From an uncultured bacterium (GTDB taxonomy: Bacteria > Bacillota_I > Bacilli_A > RF39 > UBA660), in the NCBI GenBank assembly GCA_949296705.1, contig CASFOW010000035.1:1-63918 (forward strand): 63,918 nucleotides of DNA, in the 5' to 3' direction. Shown here one piece after another: positions 41,699 to 51,970 of the stretch. How positions within the stretch are numbered: the first letter of the stretch is position 1; each line of letters begins with the position of its first letter. The position numbers and the translations under genes were made by a program. The notes under the pieces are model-generated. The model had not been told where the DNA came from. It did not search any database and saw only the letters and a list, made by a program, of their open reading frames with translations.

Positions 41699-43290
41699 TG
41701 AAAAATAAGAAAAAATTAAAACTAAAACGGTTCCATTTTCATCCCGTTACAGCTTTTATCTTAATGACCGCTATCGTTATTATTTTAAGCGGAATATTTT
41801 CTGTTTTAGAAATTCAAGCAACCTATAGTAATTTAAACTTGGCCACTTACGAACTTGAAAATACTCTAGTAACTGTAAAGAATTTATTTAATTATGATGG
41901 ATTAAAATATGTGATTAGTAATGCTGCTAGAAACTTCATCAGTTTTACGACCCTAAGTACTTTATTGATTTCTCTAATTGGTCTATCTGTTGCTCAAGCA
42001 ACTGGATTTTTAGATACCTTTATTAAACGAGTATTAGTAAAAATTGATAATAAAAAAATCACATTTATATTGCTTTTCATCTCTATTATTTCTAGTCTAA
42101 TTAACGAAATCGGTTATGTTATTCTAATTCCATTATCTGCAATCATATTTCTAAAAAATAAACGTAACCCATTAGCGGGAATTATTACTGCTTTTTGTGG
42201 GGTAGCATTTGGATATGGTGTCACCTTATTCGTTGGTTCGATGGAAGTAAATCTTAACCCGATTACAGAAGCTGCAGCTAGAATGATTGACACTAATTAC
42301 CATATTGCATTAAGCTCAAATCTAATTATTATTATCCTGTCTTCGATAATTTTATCAATAGTAGGTACAATCGTTATTGAAAAAATAGTGATTCCTAAAT
42401 TAGGAAAATATAAAGATCCAAATGAAGTAACTGTCGAATTAGAAGTAATTGAAGATGTCGAAGAAGCTGAACAGAGAAAATTAGAAGAAGAATCTCGTGA
42501 GAAAAAAGGATTAAATAATGCCTTCTTCGCTACAATAGCTTTTTTTGTTTTCTTCGTTTACTCGTTATTACCAAATTTACCATTCTCTGGAATGTTACTG
42601 GATATGGAAGAGACAACATATCTCGGCCAAGTATTCGGAAGTAACTCTTATTTTCAAGATGGATTTACTTTTCTAATCGCCCTATATTTCTTAGTGGTTG
42701 GCATCGCCTATGGAATTGGTGCTAAGACAATCAAAAACGACAAGCAATTAATTACGGATTCTGGAAAATATATAGCAGATATTGGTAGCCTAGTAATTTT
42801 AATCTTTTTTGCCTCTCAATTCATAGCTGTATTTAAAGAATCAAATATTGGAACGGTAATTACGGCATGGGGAGCCAATATGATTAATAGTTTAAACTTT
42901 ACTGGAGTCCCACTAATCCTATTAGTAATTTTAGTTATTGCCATTGTTAACCTTTTCACAACGACACCAGTCGCAAAATGGACTATTCTTGCACCAGTAG
43001 TAGTACCAAAATTGATGCAAGCCAATATTACCCCAGAGTTTTCTCAATTTATCTTACGGGCAGCTGATTCAATGACAAAAGGGATTACACCGTTACTGGC
43101 TTACTTTGTAATTTTTATCGGATATTTAAACATGTATAATCCAAATAAAAAGAAACCGATTACGATAACAGATGCTTTAAAATTAGTAACTCCTTTTTGT
43201 TTAATTATTAGTTTGACTTGGATTACAATCATTATATTATGGTATATCTCAGGTTTACCAATTGGTCCTGAAGTATATCCAACTTTATAA
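41695..43290 (+). CDS. AbgT-family transporter
   Basis: HPVT.F, R.PLAG...AF.GV..G, AKW...APV.VP, R.ADS.T..ITP, C-terminal GLPIGP. Confidence 0.88.
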   Translation: MMKNKKKLKLKRFHFHPVTAFILMTAIVIILSGIFSVLEIQATYSNLNLATYELENTLVTVKNLFNYDGLKYVISNAARNFISFTTLSTLLISLIGLSVAQATGFLDTFIKRVLVKIDNKKITFILLFISIISSLINEIGYVILIPLSAIIFLKNKRNPLAGIITAFCGVAFGYGVTLFVGSMEVNLNPITEAAARMIDTNYHIALSSNLIIIILSSIILSIVGTIVIEKIVIPKLGKYKDPNEVTVELEVIEDVEEAEQRKLEEESREKKGLNNAFFATIAFFVFFVYSLLPNLPFSGMLLDMEETTYLGQVFGSNSYFQDGFTFLIALYFLVVGIAYGIGAKTIKNDKQLITDSGKYIADIGSLVILIFFASQFIAVFKESNIGTVITAWGANMINSLNFTGVPLILLVILVIAIVNLFTTTPVAKWTILAPVVVPKLMQANITPEFSQFILRAADSMTKGITPLLAYFVIFIGYLNMYNPNKKKPITITDALKLVTPFCLIISLTWITIIILWYISGLPIGPEVYPTL

Positions 43291-43368
43291 GCAACTTAAC
43301 ATAAGTTAAAGTTGTTTTCTTTTTTCTTTAAGTTATGATATACTAATACTGGAAATGAGGTAATATTT

Positions 43369-44469
43369 ATGGGTTTAACAGCAGGAATAGTAGGGCTTCC
43401 TAATGTAGGAAAGAGTACCTTATTCAATGCAATCACAAAAAATAGTATTTTAGCAGCAAATTATCCATTTGCAACCATTGATCCTAATGTTGGTGTAGTT
43501 ACAGTACCCGATGAACGATTAGAAAAATTGAATGCCATGTATGAGCCAAAACAAAAAATTCCTACCGCTTTTGAATTTACGGACATAGCTGGTTTAGTAA
43601 AAGGTGCTAGTCAAGGAGAAGGATTAGGCAACAAGTTTCTATCTCATATTCGGGAAACTGATGCGATTGTTGAAGTAGTAAGATGTTTTGAAAATAAAGA
43701 TATTATTCATGTCGAAGGAAAAGTTGATCCTATTCGTGACATCGAAATTATCAGTCTAGAACTAATTCTAGCTGATTTAGAAAGTATTGGAAATCGTATT
43801 GAAAAAATGGAAAAGAAAGTACGTACTTCTAAAGTTAAAGAAGAATTAATTGAATTAGAGGCACTAGAAAAAGCTAAGAAAGCACTAGAAGAAAATCACC
43901 CTTTACGAACTGTTGATTTTACCGCTGAAGAAAAGAGAGCCCTAAAATCATATAATTTTTTGACAATGAAACCAATTATCTATTTAGCGAATATTGATGA
44001 AGAAGAATTAACAGAGCCAGATAATCTTTATATCCAACAAGTAGAAGAATATGCCGGTAAAGAAGGATCAAAAGTTATTAAAGTTTGCGCCAAAATTGAA
44101 GAAGAATTAAGTCAATTAGAAGAACAAGATAAACAAGAAATGCTTCAGGCATTAGGAATTCCTATGAGTGGTCTAGATCAATTAATTAAAGCAACTTATG
44201 ATTTACTAGGACTTGCGACTTATTTTACGGTTGGAAAAGATGAAGTAAGAGCTTGGACGTTCCGTAAAGGAATGAATGCGAAAGAATGTGCCGGAATTAT
44301 TCATACAGATTTTGAAAAAGGATTCATCCGTGCCGAAGTAATTTCCTATACAGATTTAGTTGAATTAGGAAGCGAACAAAAAGTAAAAGAAGCCGGTAAA
44401 GCTAGACTAGAAGGTAAAGAGTATCTAATGCAAGATGGAGATATCTGTCATTTTAGATTTAACGTATAG
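43369..44469 (+). CDS. ychF: Ribosome-binding ATPase YchF
   Basis: GIVGLPNVGKSTLFN, ANYPFATIDPN, DIAGLV, C-terminal FRFNV. Confidence 0.98.
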   Translation: MGLTAGIVGLPNVGKSTLFNAITKNSILAANYPFATIDPNVGVVTVPDERLEKLNAMYEPKQKIPTAFEFTDIAGLVKGASQGEGLGNKFLSHIRETDAIVEVVRCFENKDIIHVEGKVDPIRDIEIISLELILADLESIGNRIEKMEKKVRTSKVKEELIELEALEKAKKALEENHPLRTVDFTAEEKRALKSYNFLTMKPIIYLANIDEEELTEPDNLYIQQVEEYAGKEGSKVIKVCAKIEEELSQLEEQDKQEMLQALGIPMSGLDQLIKATYDLLGLATYFTVGKDEVRAWTFRKGMNAKECAGIIHTDFEKGFIRAEVISYTDLVELGSEQKVKEAGKARLEGKEYLMQDGDICHFRFNV

Positions 44470-44478
44470 GAAAAATTT

Positions 44479-44925
44479 ATGAGTAAAATAGACGATGAAG
44501 CTCTAAAACTAATCAATCAAGATAGAAAAAAATACAGCTATGAATCGTTGGCAAATAAAAAGAAAAACGAAAATAGTCCATTACTCTCTATTTTTCTACT
44601 AGCTATTGTTGGCTTTGCGATATTTTCAGTGATCCAAACAATTTTCTTCGATAAAGAATCAGAACCAAGATTGACAGAAGAAGAAATTCTAAAAGCGGCT
44701 ACCGACTATTTAAAAGAAGAAACCGTCTATACTGAAGCCATTTGCGATAAATCCGAAGAACAAACTTGTACAGACGATAACTGTGGGCTTAGAAAATATC
44801 AAGTAACATGTCATACTGAAGATGTTGAATTCGAAATGACAGCAATTTTAACAATACAGTCAAAAGGTATCAATCAGTTTAATTTTTCGGTTTTAACAGA
44901 TACTATTCATAGTTATACTCCATAA
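44479..44925 (+). CDS. Hypothetical single-pass membrane protein
   Basis: One TM segment, then an acidic domain with 4 Cys. Confidence 0.7.
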   Translation: MSKIDDEALKLINQDRKKYSYESLANKKKNENSPLLSIFLLAIVGFAIFSVIQTIFFDKESEPRLTEEEILKAATDYLKEETVYTEAICDKSEEQTCTDDNCGLRKYQVTCHTEDVEFEMTAILTIQSKGINQFNFSVLTDTIHSYTP

Positions 44926-44976
44926 ATAATACTTGAGAAAAGGCATAAAATAAAAATAAGAAAGAAGGTTTTAAAA

Positions 44977-45618
44977 GTGAATAATAAAATATATTCTAAA
45001 GTGTTTATGTGGATGTTTATAGGTTTACTAGTAACATTCTTAACAGGAATCTATACTTCAACTAATGTTGATGCGCTAGAAGTAATTTTTAATAAAAGTG
45101 GTTATTGGATTTTACTAATTGTAGAACTTGGTTTAGCCATTTTCTTATCCGCAAGAATATATAAAATGAGTCCAATAACAGCGAAAATTTGTTACTTATT
45201 GTATACATTCTTTACTGGCTTAACATTCTCCTCGATATTTATTGTCTATAAAATAGAATCAATCATGCTAGTATTTTTAGTTACCGCAATCTTATTCTTG
45301 ATATTTGCTATTATTGGTAAGACAACTAAAGTAGATTTAACAAAAATAGGTACAATATTATTAATGGCCTTATTTGGTATTATCATCTGTACAATCATCA
45401 ATATCTTCTTACAGAATAGTACTTTTGATATGATTCTATCTGGTATTAGTGTACTAATCTTCTTAGGATTTATTGCTTATGACATTCAAAAAATAAAACG
45501 TTTAGATGGTTGGGTAAATGAAGAAAATTTGGCCGTAATTGGCGCCTTTGAACTTTACTTAGACTTCATTAACATATTCCTTGATTTATTAAATCTATTT
45601 GGAAATAGTAAAGATTAA
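44977..45618 (+). CDS. Bax inhibitor-1/YccA family membrane protein
   Basis: Seven TM segments, AYDIQKIK, A..LYLDFINIFL. Confidence 0.92.
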   Translation: MNNKIYSKVFMWMFIGLLVTFLTGIYTSTNVDALEVIFNKSGYWILLIVELGLAIFLSARIYKMSPITAKICYLLYTFFTGLTFSSIFIVYKIESIMLVFLVTAILFLIFAIIGKTTKVDLTKIGTILLMALFGIIICTIINIFLQNSTFDMILSGISVLIFLGFIAYDIQKIKRLDGWVNEENLAVIGAFELYLDFINIFLDLLNLFGNSKD

Positions 45619-45670
45619 AGAAAAATGAACAAAAGCATTTACAAGAATGCTTTTTTTTGGTATATTACTA

Positions 45671-45731
45671 GCGAGTATTTAATACTCCTTGCCAAAGTAT
45701 TGGCCTTAAGTCCAGAAGGAGGTGTAAAGAT
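45671..45731 (+). promoter_or_regulatory. Probable rpsF leader (S6:S18 autoregulatory RNA)
   Basis: CTCCTT anti-SD can pair with the AAGGAG RBS, enclosing a GCCAA/TTGGC hairpin. Position matches the known leader. Confidence 0.6.
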
Positions 45732-46022
45732 ATGAAAAAATATGAAATTATGTTCATCGTAAAACCTGATTTAGAGGAAGAAAACATCAAGAAAGTAGCT
45801 AATTCCATGAAAGAAACTTTAGAGAAAAATGAAGCTAAAGTATTAGACGTAAAAGAAATGGGACAAAGAGAACTTGCCTATGAAATTAATAAGTATAAGA
45901 CAGGTTACTACTTCTTATTTGTAATCGAAACGGAAAATACAACAGCTACAAAAGAATTTGATCGTTTAGCTCTTATCAACGAAAATATTATTCGTCATTT
46001 AATCGTAAGAGTAGAAGATTAA
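45732..46022 (+). CDS. rpsF: 30S ribosomal protein S6
   Basis: KYEIMFIVKPDL, G.RELAYEI, IIRHLIV motifs. Confidence 0.98.
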   Translation: MKKYEIMFIVKPDLEEENIKKVANSMKETLEKNEAKVLDVKEMGQRELAYEINKYKTGYYFLFVIETENTTATKEFDRLALINENIIRHLIVRVED

Positions 46023-46034
46023 GAGAGGTATAAA

Positions 46035-46535
46035 ATGAATAAAGTTTTTTTAATCGGAAGATTAACAAAAGATCCTGAATTACGTTATACAAGTACAAAT
46101 ACAGCTGCTGCCTCATTTACTGTTGCGGTAAATAGAAATTTCACTAATCAAAATGGTGAACGTGAAGCAGATTTTATTAATGTTGTTGTATGGCGTAAAC
46201 AAGCGGAAAATGTAAAACAATACTTAACCAAAGGTAGCCAAGTAGCAATCGACGGAAGAATTCAAACAAGAAGCTATGATGCCCAAGATGGAAGTAAACG
46301 TTATGTGACAGAAGTTGTTGCCGATAATGTTCAATTCTTAGATAGTAGATCAGCTTCATCATCAGGTATGACAAGTACTGTAAGTCCTATGCCATCTGCT
46401 AACACCAATCCGTCTCCATATGATTTTGCTACTCCAACAGAAACTGTTTCAAATAGTACAACTGATGTTTCTTCAGATCCTTTTGCAGATTTTGGTTCTA
46501 GTATTGAAATTAATGATGATGAATTACCATTCTAA
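46035..46535 (+). CDS. ssb: Single-stranded DNA-binding protein
   Basis: MNKVFLIGRLTKDPELR; acidic tail DDELPF. Confidence 0.98.
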   Translation: MNKVFLIGRLTKDPELRYTSTNTAAASFTVAVNRNFTNQNGEREADFINVVVWRKQAENVKQYLTKGSQVAIDGRIQTRSYDAQDGSKRYVTEVVADNVQFLDSRSASSSGMTSTVSPMPSANTNPSPYDFATPTETVSNSTTDVSSDPFADFGSSIEINDDELPF

Positions 46536-46550
46536 AGAAGGAGGGAAAGT

Positions 46551-46766
46551 ATGGCAGAATTTTATAGAAAAAAGAAAAAAGTATGTTACATGTGTACAGG
46601 TAAAAATGTTGATTATAAAGATGTAGATACTTTAAAAAAATATATTAATGATCGTGGTAAAATCTTACCAAGAAGAATTACTGGTAATTGTGCAAAACAT
46701 CAAAGATATATCGCTGAGCAAATTAAACGTGCTCGTGCTATTGCTTTATTACCATATACGAAATAG
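46551..46766 (+). CDS. rpsR: 30S ribosomal protein S18 (Cys-containing form)
   Basis: [24 protein letters not shown]. Confidence 0.98.
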   Translation: MAEFYRKKKKVCYMCTGKNVDYKDVDTLKKYINDRGKILPRRITGNCAKHQRYIAEQIKRARAIALLPYTK

Positions 46767-46769
46767 TAA

Positions 46770-46803
46770 AAAGACTACCAACTATCCCGTTGATAGTCTT
46801 TTT
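46770..46803 (+). terminator. Intrinsic terminator after rpsR
   Basis: AAAGACTACCAAC-loop-GTTGATAGTCTTT followed by Ts. Confidence 0.75.
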
Positions 46804-46874
46804 CAACTAGTAGAAGAGATGACAGAGCGTTAAATTTGTAGTATAATGAAAATGGGGTTTTCTAAGGAGGCAAG

Positions 46875-47840
46875 ATGAATATACAAAACTATGCCAAAGA
46901 AATAAAAAGAAAAATTAAGTCCCATCAGACGATTTTTATCGTTGGTCATCAAAATTTAGACTTAGATGCGATTGGAAGTGCCTTAGGCTTACACAATATT
47001 ATAAAAAAGTATCGTAAGGAATCTTACATTATCGTAGATGATAAAGTTCATGAATTAGGGGTTGAAAAAGTAATTAGTGAACAACCTAAAAGGATTTTCA
47101 TTACCAGTCAAGAACTTAAAGAAAAGAAATCAAAGAAAAACTTGTTAATTATCGTTGATACCAATAAAATAAATTTATTATCTAATCCAGAAATATTAAA
47201 TGAATTTGAAGATATTATTGTAATTGATCATCATCAAACTAATGAATATACCATTAATCGAGGATTATTAATTATCGATAAAGAGTCCTCATCAACTTGC
47301 GAAATGATCACTCAATTACTAAGTCATTACCGAATCAAAGTATCCCCAGAAATTGCCACAATTATTCTAGCTGGAATTGTCTTAGATACCAATAATTTTG
47401 TATTAAAGACACAAGCTAAGACTTATTTCACTGCTTATTATCTCGCATCTTTTGGGGCTGATCCAAAAAAAGTTCAATATTATTTAAAACAAAATATTAA
47501 AGAGTATATAGCTAGGCAAAAAGTAATTACGAATATTGAAATAGTTAAAGAAAAATATGCCGTTACGACTGGAGTGGAGAAAATTAAATATAAACGAGAA
47601 GAACTTGCGAAAATTGCTTCCACTCTCATTCAGTTCAATGATATTGAAGCAAGTTTTGTTATCGGTTGGAATCAAGAAAATAAAATTGGAATTAGTGCTC
47701 GTAGTGAAGGACGATTGAATGTAGGAAAAATCATGGAGAAATTAGGTGGTGGTGGAGATAAACACGATGCCGCAACCCAAATAGAAGCAAATTCCATTCG
47801 CGAAGTAAAAGAAAAATTACTGACAATTCTAAACGAATAG
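46875..47840 (+). CDS. DHH/DHHA1 phosphodiesterase (GdpP catalytic part only)
   Basis: GH...D.DA.GS, VDT, IDHH, GIVLDT, ISARS, GGGG motifs; rpsR-rplI (gdpP) position. Confidence 0.88.
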   Translation: MNIQNYAKEIKRKIKSHQTIFIVGHQNLDLDAIGSALGLHNIIKKYRKESYIIVDDKVHELGVEKVISEQPKRIFITSQELKEKKSKKNLLIIVDTNKINLLSNPEILNEFEDIIVIDHHQTNEYTINRGLLIIDKESSSTCEMITQLLSHYRIKVSPEIATIILAGIVLDTNNFVLKTQAKTYFTAYYLASFGADPKKVQYYLKQNIKEYIARQKVITNIEIVKEKYAVTTGVEKIKYKREELAKIASTLIQFNDIEASFVIGWNQENKIGISARSEGRLNVGKIMEKLGGGGDKHDAATQIEANSIREVKEKLLTILNE

Positions 47841-47852
47841 GGGGAAGAATAT

Positions 47853-48293
47853 ATGAAAGTAATATTTGTTAAAGATTTAAAAAAAATTGCGAAAAAAGGG
47901 GATATTAAAGAAGTAAAAGATGGGTATGCCAAAAATTATTTAATCAAAAACGGTTATGCTGTTCAAGTAACAGGAAAAAATTTAGAAGTATACGAAGAAG
48001 AAAAGCAAAAGCACCAACAAGAAGAAGATAAAAAACGCCAAGAAGCGCTAATAGAAAAAGAAAAATTAGAAAAGTTAACCCTATTATTTAAAGTAAAAAC
48101 CGGAGAACAAGATAAAGTTTTTGGTAGTGTAAGCCCTAAACAAATTAAAGATGAGCTTCATAAAAGAGGACATAAAATCGAAAAAAGACAAATCGAGTTA
48201 ATTGGAAACTTAACCACTTTAGGCTATCACCAAGTAAAGGTGAATCTCTTTAAAGAGGTTGTTGCGAACCTTAAAGTACAATTAGTAAAATAA
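47853..48293 (+). CDS. rplI: 50S ribosomal protein L9
   Basis: MKVIF.KD, VKDGYAKNYL, FGSV motifs. Confidence 0.98.
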   Translation: MKVIFVKDLKKIAKKGDIKEVKDGYAKNYLIKNGYAVQVTGKNLEVYEEEKQKHQQEEDKKRQEALIEKEKLEKLTLLFKVKTGEQDKVFGSVSPKQIKDELHKRGHKIEKRQIELIGNLTTLGYHQVKVNLFKEVVANLKVQLVK

Positions 48294-48311
48294 CACCCGG
48301 AGGTGAAACAA

Positions 48312-49673
48312 ATGGCAACCAAAACAATACCTAATGATGTGGTCGCTGAACAGTCAGTTTTAGGAGCGATGTTCTTATCGAAACTAGCTATCGAAAAAGC
48401 AACAGAAAAACTATCGAAAAGAAGTTTTTATAATGAGAAAAACGGTATCATTTTCTCTGTACTCGCTGAATTGTATGATAAAAAAGTACCTATTGATTTA
48501 ACAACAGTAACTGCTGAACTCAATCAAACAAGCAAACTAAATGAAGTAGGGGGAGTAGAGTACTTAACAGAAATTATCGATACTGTTCCAACAGCCGCAA
48601 ATATTGATTATTATATCCAAATCGTAGAAGATAATGCGATGCTTCGAGATGTAATTGATACATCAACAGAAATTGCAACCCTTGCTTATGAACATGAAGG
48701 AGAAGTTACAGATGTATTAGACCAAGTAGAACGTAAAATTGTAGGTATTATTAAAAATCGTCGTAGTAGTGAATTTAGAAAAATCCAAGAAGTACTCAAT
48801 GATGTTCAATTAAATTTAGAAAAATTAGCTCAATCAAAAGGAGAAATAACAGGAATTCCAACAGGCTGGTATGAATTAGATAAATTAACTTCTGGTCTCC
48901 AAGAAAATCAATTGATTATCTTGGCAGCGCGTCCGGCAATGGGAAAAACAGCCTTTGCTTTGAACTTAGCGACTAATGTTGCAATCAACACCAATAAAAG
49001 CGTTGCGATTTTTTCCCTTGAAATGGGTGCCGAGCAATTAGCCAGTCGTATTATCTCTTCGTTAGGACAAATCGAAGGTCAAAAACTAACGAATGGTAAT
49101 TTACTAAATAATGATTGGAAAAGAATTACTGAAGCTAAAAGTCAGTTAGCAGGTGCTAAGCTTTATATTTCAGATGATGCTGGTGTAACTGTCGGAGAAC
49201 TAAAAACTAAATGTCGCCGTTTGGCTACTAGTGAAGATGGCCTAGATTTAGTCATTATTGATCACTTACAACTTCTAACTATGGGGGGAAATTATGGTAA
49301 TAACCGTCAAGCAGAGATTACCGATATCTCTAGAAGTTTAAAAAAGATGGCTATGGAGTTAAACATTCCAGTTATTGCTTTAGCTCAGCTTTCCCGTGGC
49401 GTAGAAAGTAGAGAGGACAAACGTCCTAAAATGAGTGATTTGAGAGAATCTGGCTCGATTGAACAAGATGCCGACATCGTTGCCTTACTATATCGTGATG
49501 ACTATTATCAAACGATTAAAGATAGCAGTGAAGCTCCCGATCCTAGCTTAAGTGAACTAATTATTGGTAAACATCGTAATGGCCCAACCGGAAAAATTGA
49601 TTTATTATTTCGAAAAAGTACCAGTACCTTTTTAAATTTTATCAAAGATAGTAGAGGTGAAGAAAGTGGATAA
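48312..49673 (+). CDS. dnaB: Replicative DNA helicase (DnaB family; DnaC in Bacillus nomenclature)
   Basis: AEQSVLGA, AARPAMGKT, IDHLQL, LAQLSR, DLRESGSIEQDAD, KHRNGP motifs. Confidence 0.98.
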   Translation: MATKTIPNDVVAEQSVLGAMFLSKLAIEKATEKLSKRSFYNEKNGIIFSVLAELYDKKVPIDLTTVTAELNQTSKLNEVGGVEYLTEIIDTVPTAANIDYYIQIVEDNAMLRDVIDTSTEIATLAYEHEGEVTDVLDQVERKIVGIIKNRRSSEFRKIQEVLNDVQLNLEKLAQSKGEITGIPTGWYELDKLTSGLQENQLIILAARPAMGKTAFALNLATNVAINTNKSVAIFSLEMGAEQLASRIISSLGQIEGQKLTNGNLLNNDWKRITEAKSQLAGAKLYISDDAGVTVGELKTKCRRLATSEDGLDLVIIDHLQLLTMGGNYGNNRQAEITDISRSLKKMAMELNIPVIALAQLSRGVESREDKRPKMSDLRESGSIEQDADIVALLYRDDYYQTIKDSSEAPDPSLSELIIGKHRNGPTGKIDLLFRKSTSTFLNFIKDSRGEESG

Positions 49674-51207
49674 AAAGACTACCATTTTAACGGTAATTGC
49701 TTTAATGATTACTGGAATTGTCGTTTATTTAGGAAGCAATCCAACAACTACATATGCCAAAATATTAGGAATAAAGAATAAGAATGAACCAAACCAACTA
49801 TACCATGTTTATCTTGGTGGTGAATCCCTTGGTCTGATTGAATCCCAAGAAGATCTAGAAAACTTCATCGATGAAAAACAAAGTGAAATAAAAAAGAAAT
49901 ATCAAGTAAATAAAGTTTATGTACCTAATGACTTAGACATTGTTCAAGAGATTACTTATGATCAAAAAATTTCTACCGTTGATGAAATATATCAAAAAAT
50001 TCAAGAAAAAAGAGGTAGTGAATCATTTACTATTGATGGCTATAAAATTGTTATTGAAGGAATTGAAAAGGAAACCGAAGGAGGAGAGGCTACAACCACT
50101 CCTGACATTGTTTTATATGTTTTGGATAAAGAAGTATTTACCAATTCAGTAGAAAAAACAATTACTTCCTTTATCAATGAAGATAGTTACCATGACTTTT
50201 TAAACGATACTCAAGCAGAAATTCAAGAAACAGGAACAATTATCGAAGATTTATATATTCAAAACAATATCAGTATTCATAAAGGTAGAATTCCAACCGG
50301 AGAAAAAATTTATTTAACTGAGGATGAATTAAGTAGATTTCTATTATTTGGTACCATTGAAGATCAAGCCACTTATATTGTACAAGAAGGAGATACGATT
50401 GAAGATATTGCTTTCAATAACAAATTATCTCCAGAAGAATTTCTCATTGCCAATACTGAATATACATCACCTAATGATTTATTATATCCTGGAAAAGAAG
50501 TCGTTCTAGGCGTTATTCAACCCCAATTCGACACTGTAGAAGAAACTCACGTTGTATCAAAGAAAACGGTTGAGATTCAAACAGTATATGAAGATGACCC
50601 TAATCAATATATTGGCTATGAAAAAGTAAAAGAAGAAGGGTCAGAAGGATTAAGTTTAGTAACAGAGAAGCATCAAATAATCAATGGGGAAATTACCAAT
50701 GTTATCCCTGTTTCTGAAGAAAAAATTATTCCTGTTGTCAATAAAGTGGTTGTTCGTGGTACTAAGAAAAGACAAAATACTTCTTCTTCAATTACTAATC
50801 AAGAAGTACCAGTAGGAGTCGGCAGTTGGGTATGGCCAACAATAGCTCCATATACGATTTCTAGTAGCTTTGGTTGGCGATGGGGAAAACTTCATGAAGG
50901 AATAGATATTAGTGGTATTGGTCGTGGTTCACCAATCAAAGCAGCCAATAATGGACTTGTAGTTCAATCAGGATATACAAGTACAAATGGTAACTATATT
51001 GTAATTGCACATAGTAATGGATATTATACGATGTACGCGCATATGAATTCCCGGATTCGTAAAGCAGGAGATGTTGTCATGGCAGGAGATCAAATTGGAA
51101 CAGCTGGAGATAGTGGTTTTGCGACAGGTGTTCACCTTCATTTTGCTATTTATCGAGGAATGCCATATCGTGGTGGGGTAGCTGTTAGCCCATTCAACTT
51201 TTTCTAA
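49657..51207 (+). CDS. Membrane-anchored LysM-G5-M23 peptidoglycan endopeptidase
   Basis: N-terminal TM, LysM (YIVQEGDTIEDIA), G5, M23 HEGID...YAHM...HLHF. Confidence 0.92.
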   Translation: MKKVDKKTTILTVIALMITGIVVYLGSNPTTTYAKILGIKNKNEPNQLYHVYLGGESLGLIESQEDLENFIDEKQSEIKKKYQVNKVYVPNDLDIVQEITYDQKISTVDEIYQKIQEKRGSESFTIDGYKIVIEGIEKETEGGEATTTPDIVLYVLDKEVFTNSVEKTITSFINEDSYHDFLNDTQAEIQETGTIIEDLYIQNNISIHKGRIPTGEKIYLTEDELSRFLLFGTIEDQATYIVQEGDTIEDIAFNNKLSPEEFLIANTEYTSPNDLLYPGKEVVLGVIQPQFDTVEETHVVSKKTVEIQTVYEDDPNQYIGYEKVKEEGSEGLSLVTEKHQIINGEITNVIPVSEEKIIPVVNKVVVRGTKKRQNTSSSITNQEVPVGVGSWVWPTIAPYTISSSFGWRWGKLHEGIDISGIGRGSPIKAANNGLVVQSGYTSTNGNYIVIAHSNGYYTMYAHMNSRIRKAGDVVMAGDQIGTAGDSGFATGVHLHFAIYRGMPYRGGVAVSPFNFF

Positions 51208-51209
51208 TC

Positions 51210-51968
51210 ATGAAACTAAAAGTATTAGCAAGTGGTTCTAAAGGTAACTCCACTTATGTTGAGACTAAGAAAAGCAAAATCCTAATTGATATTGGCATTA
51301 CTTATCCGCATCTTTTATCAGAACTATCAACCATAAATAAAACCCCACAAGATTTAGATGCAATCCTACTTACACATACTCATTCTGATCACATCAAAGG
51401 TTTACAAACTCTGGTAAAAAAGACCAATATTCCCGTTTATGCTAGTTTAGAAATGATCAAAGAGTTAAAAGAAAAAATACCGCTTACGTCGTGTCGCTAC
51501 TTAGAGGAGCATTTCTTCTTAAATGATATCGAAATAGAACTTATGCATACTTCTCATGATGTAGATTCTGTAGGGTATATACTATCTAATGATGAGAAAA
51601 GTATCGTTTATGTAACCGATACAGGCTACATTAATCGCCGCTATTTAAAGAAAATGAAAAATAAAGACTTATATGTGATTGAAAGTAATCACGATGAAAA
51701 AATGGTAATGGAAGGTCCCTACCCTTACATCCTTAAGCAACGAGTACTAAGTGATAAAGGCCACTTATCCAATCACACTACTGCTAGATATCTACAAGAA
51801 ATTGTTGGGGATAAAACAAAATATATTATTTTAGCACATATCAGTGAGAACAATAATACTGAAGAATTAGCTTATCAAACGACGAAAGAAGTTTTAGAAG
51901 AACATCATATCGATAAAGAAATCATCATTGCCAAACAATATGAATCACTAGAAACGATCGAGGTATAA
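51210..51968 (+). CDS. yycJ: YycJ/WalJ metallo-beta-lactamase-fold nuclease
   Basis: LASGSKGN, THTHSDH, SHD, TDTG, ESNHD, GHLSN motifs. Confidence 0.9.
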   Translation: MKLKVLASGSKGNSTYVETKKSKILIDIGITYPHLLSELSTINKTPQDLDAILLTHTHSDHIKGLQTLVKKTNIPVYASLEMIKELKEKIPLTSCRYLEEHFFLNDIEIELMHTSHDVDSVGYILSNDEKSIVYVTDTGYINRRYLKKMKNKDLYVIESNHDEKMVMEGPYPYILKQRVLSDKGHLSNHTTARYLQEIVGDKTKYIILAHISENNNTEELAYQTTKEVLEEHHIDKEIIIAKQYESLETIEV

Positions 51969-51970
51969 AA

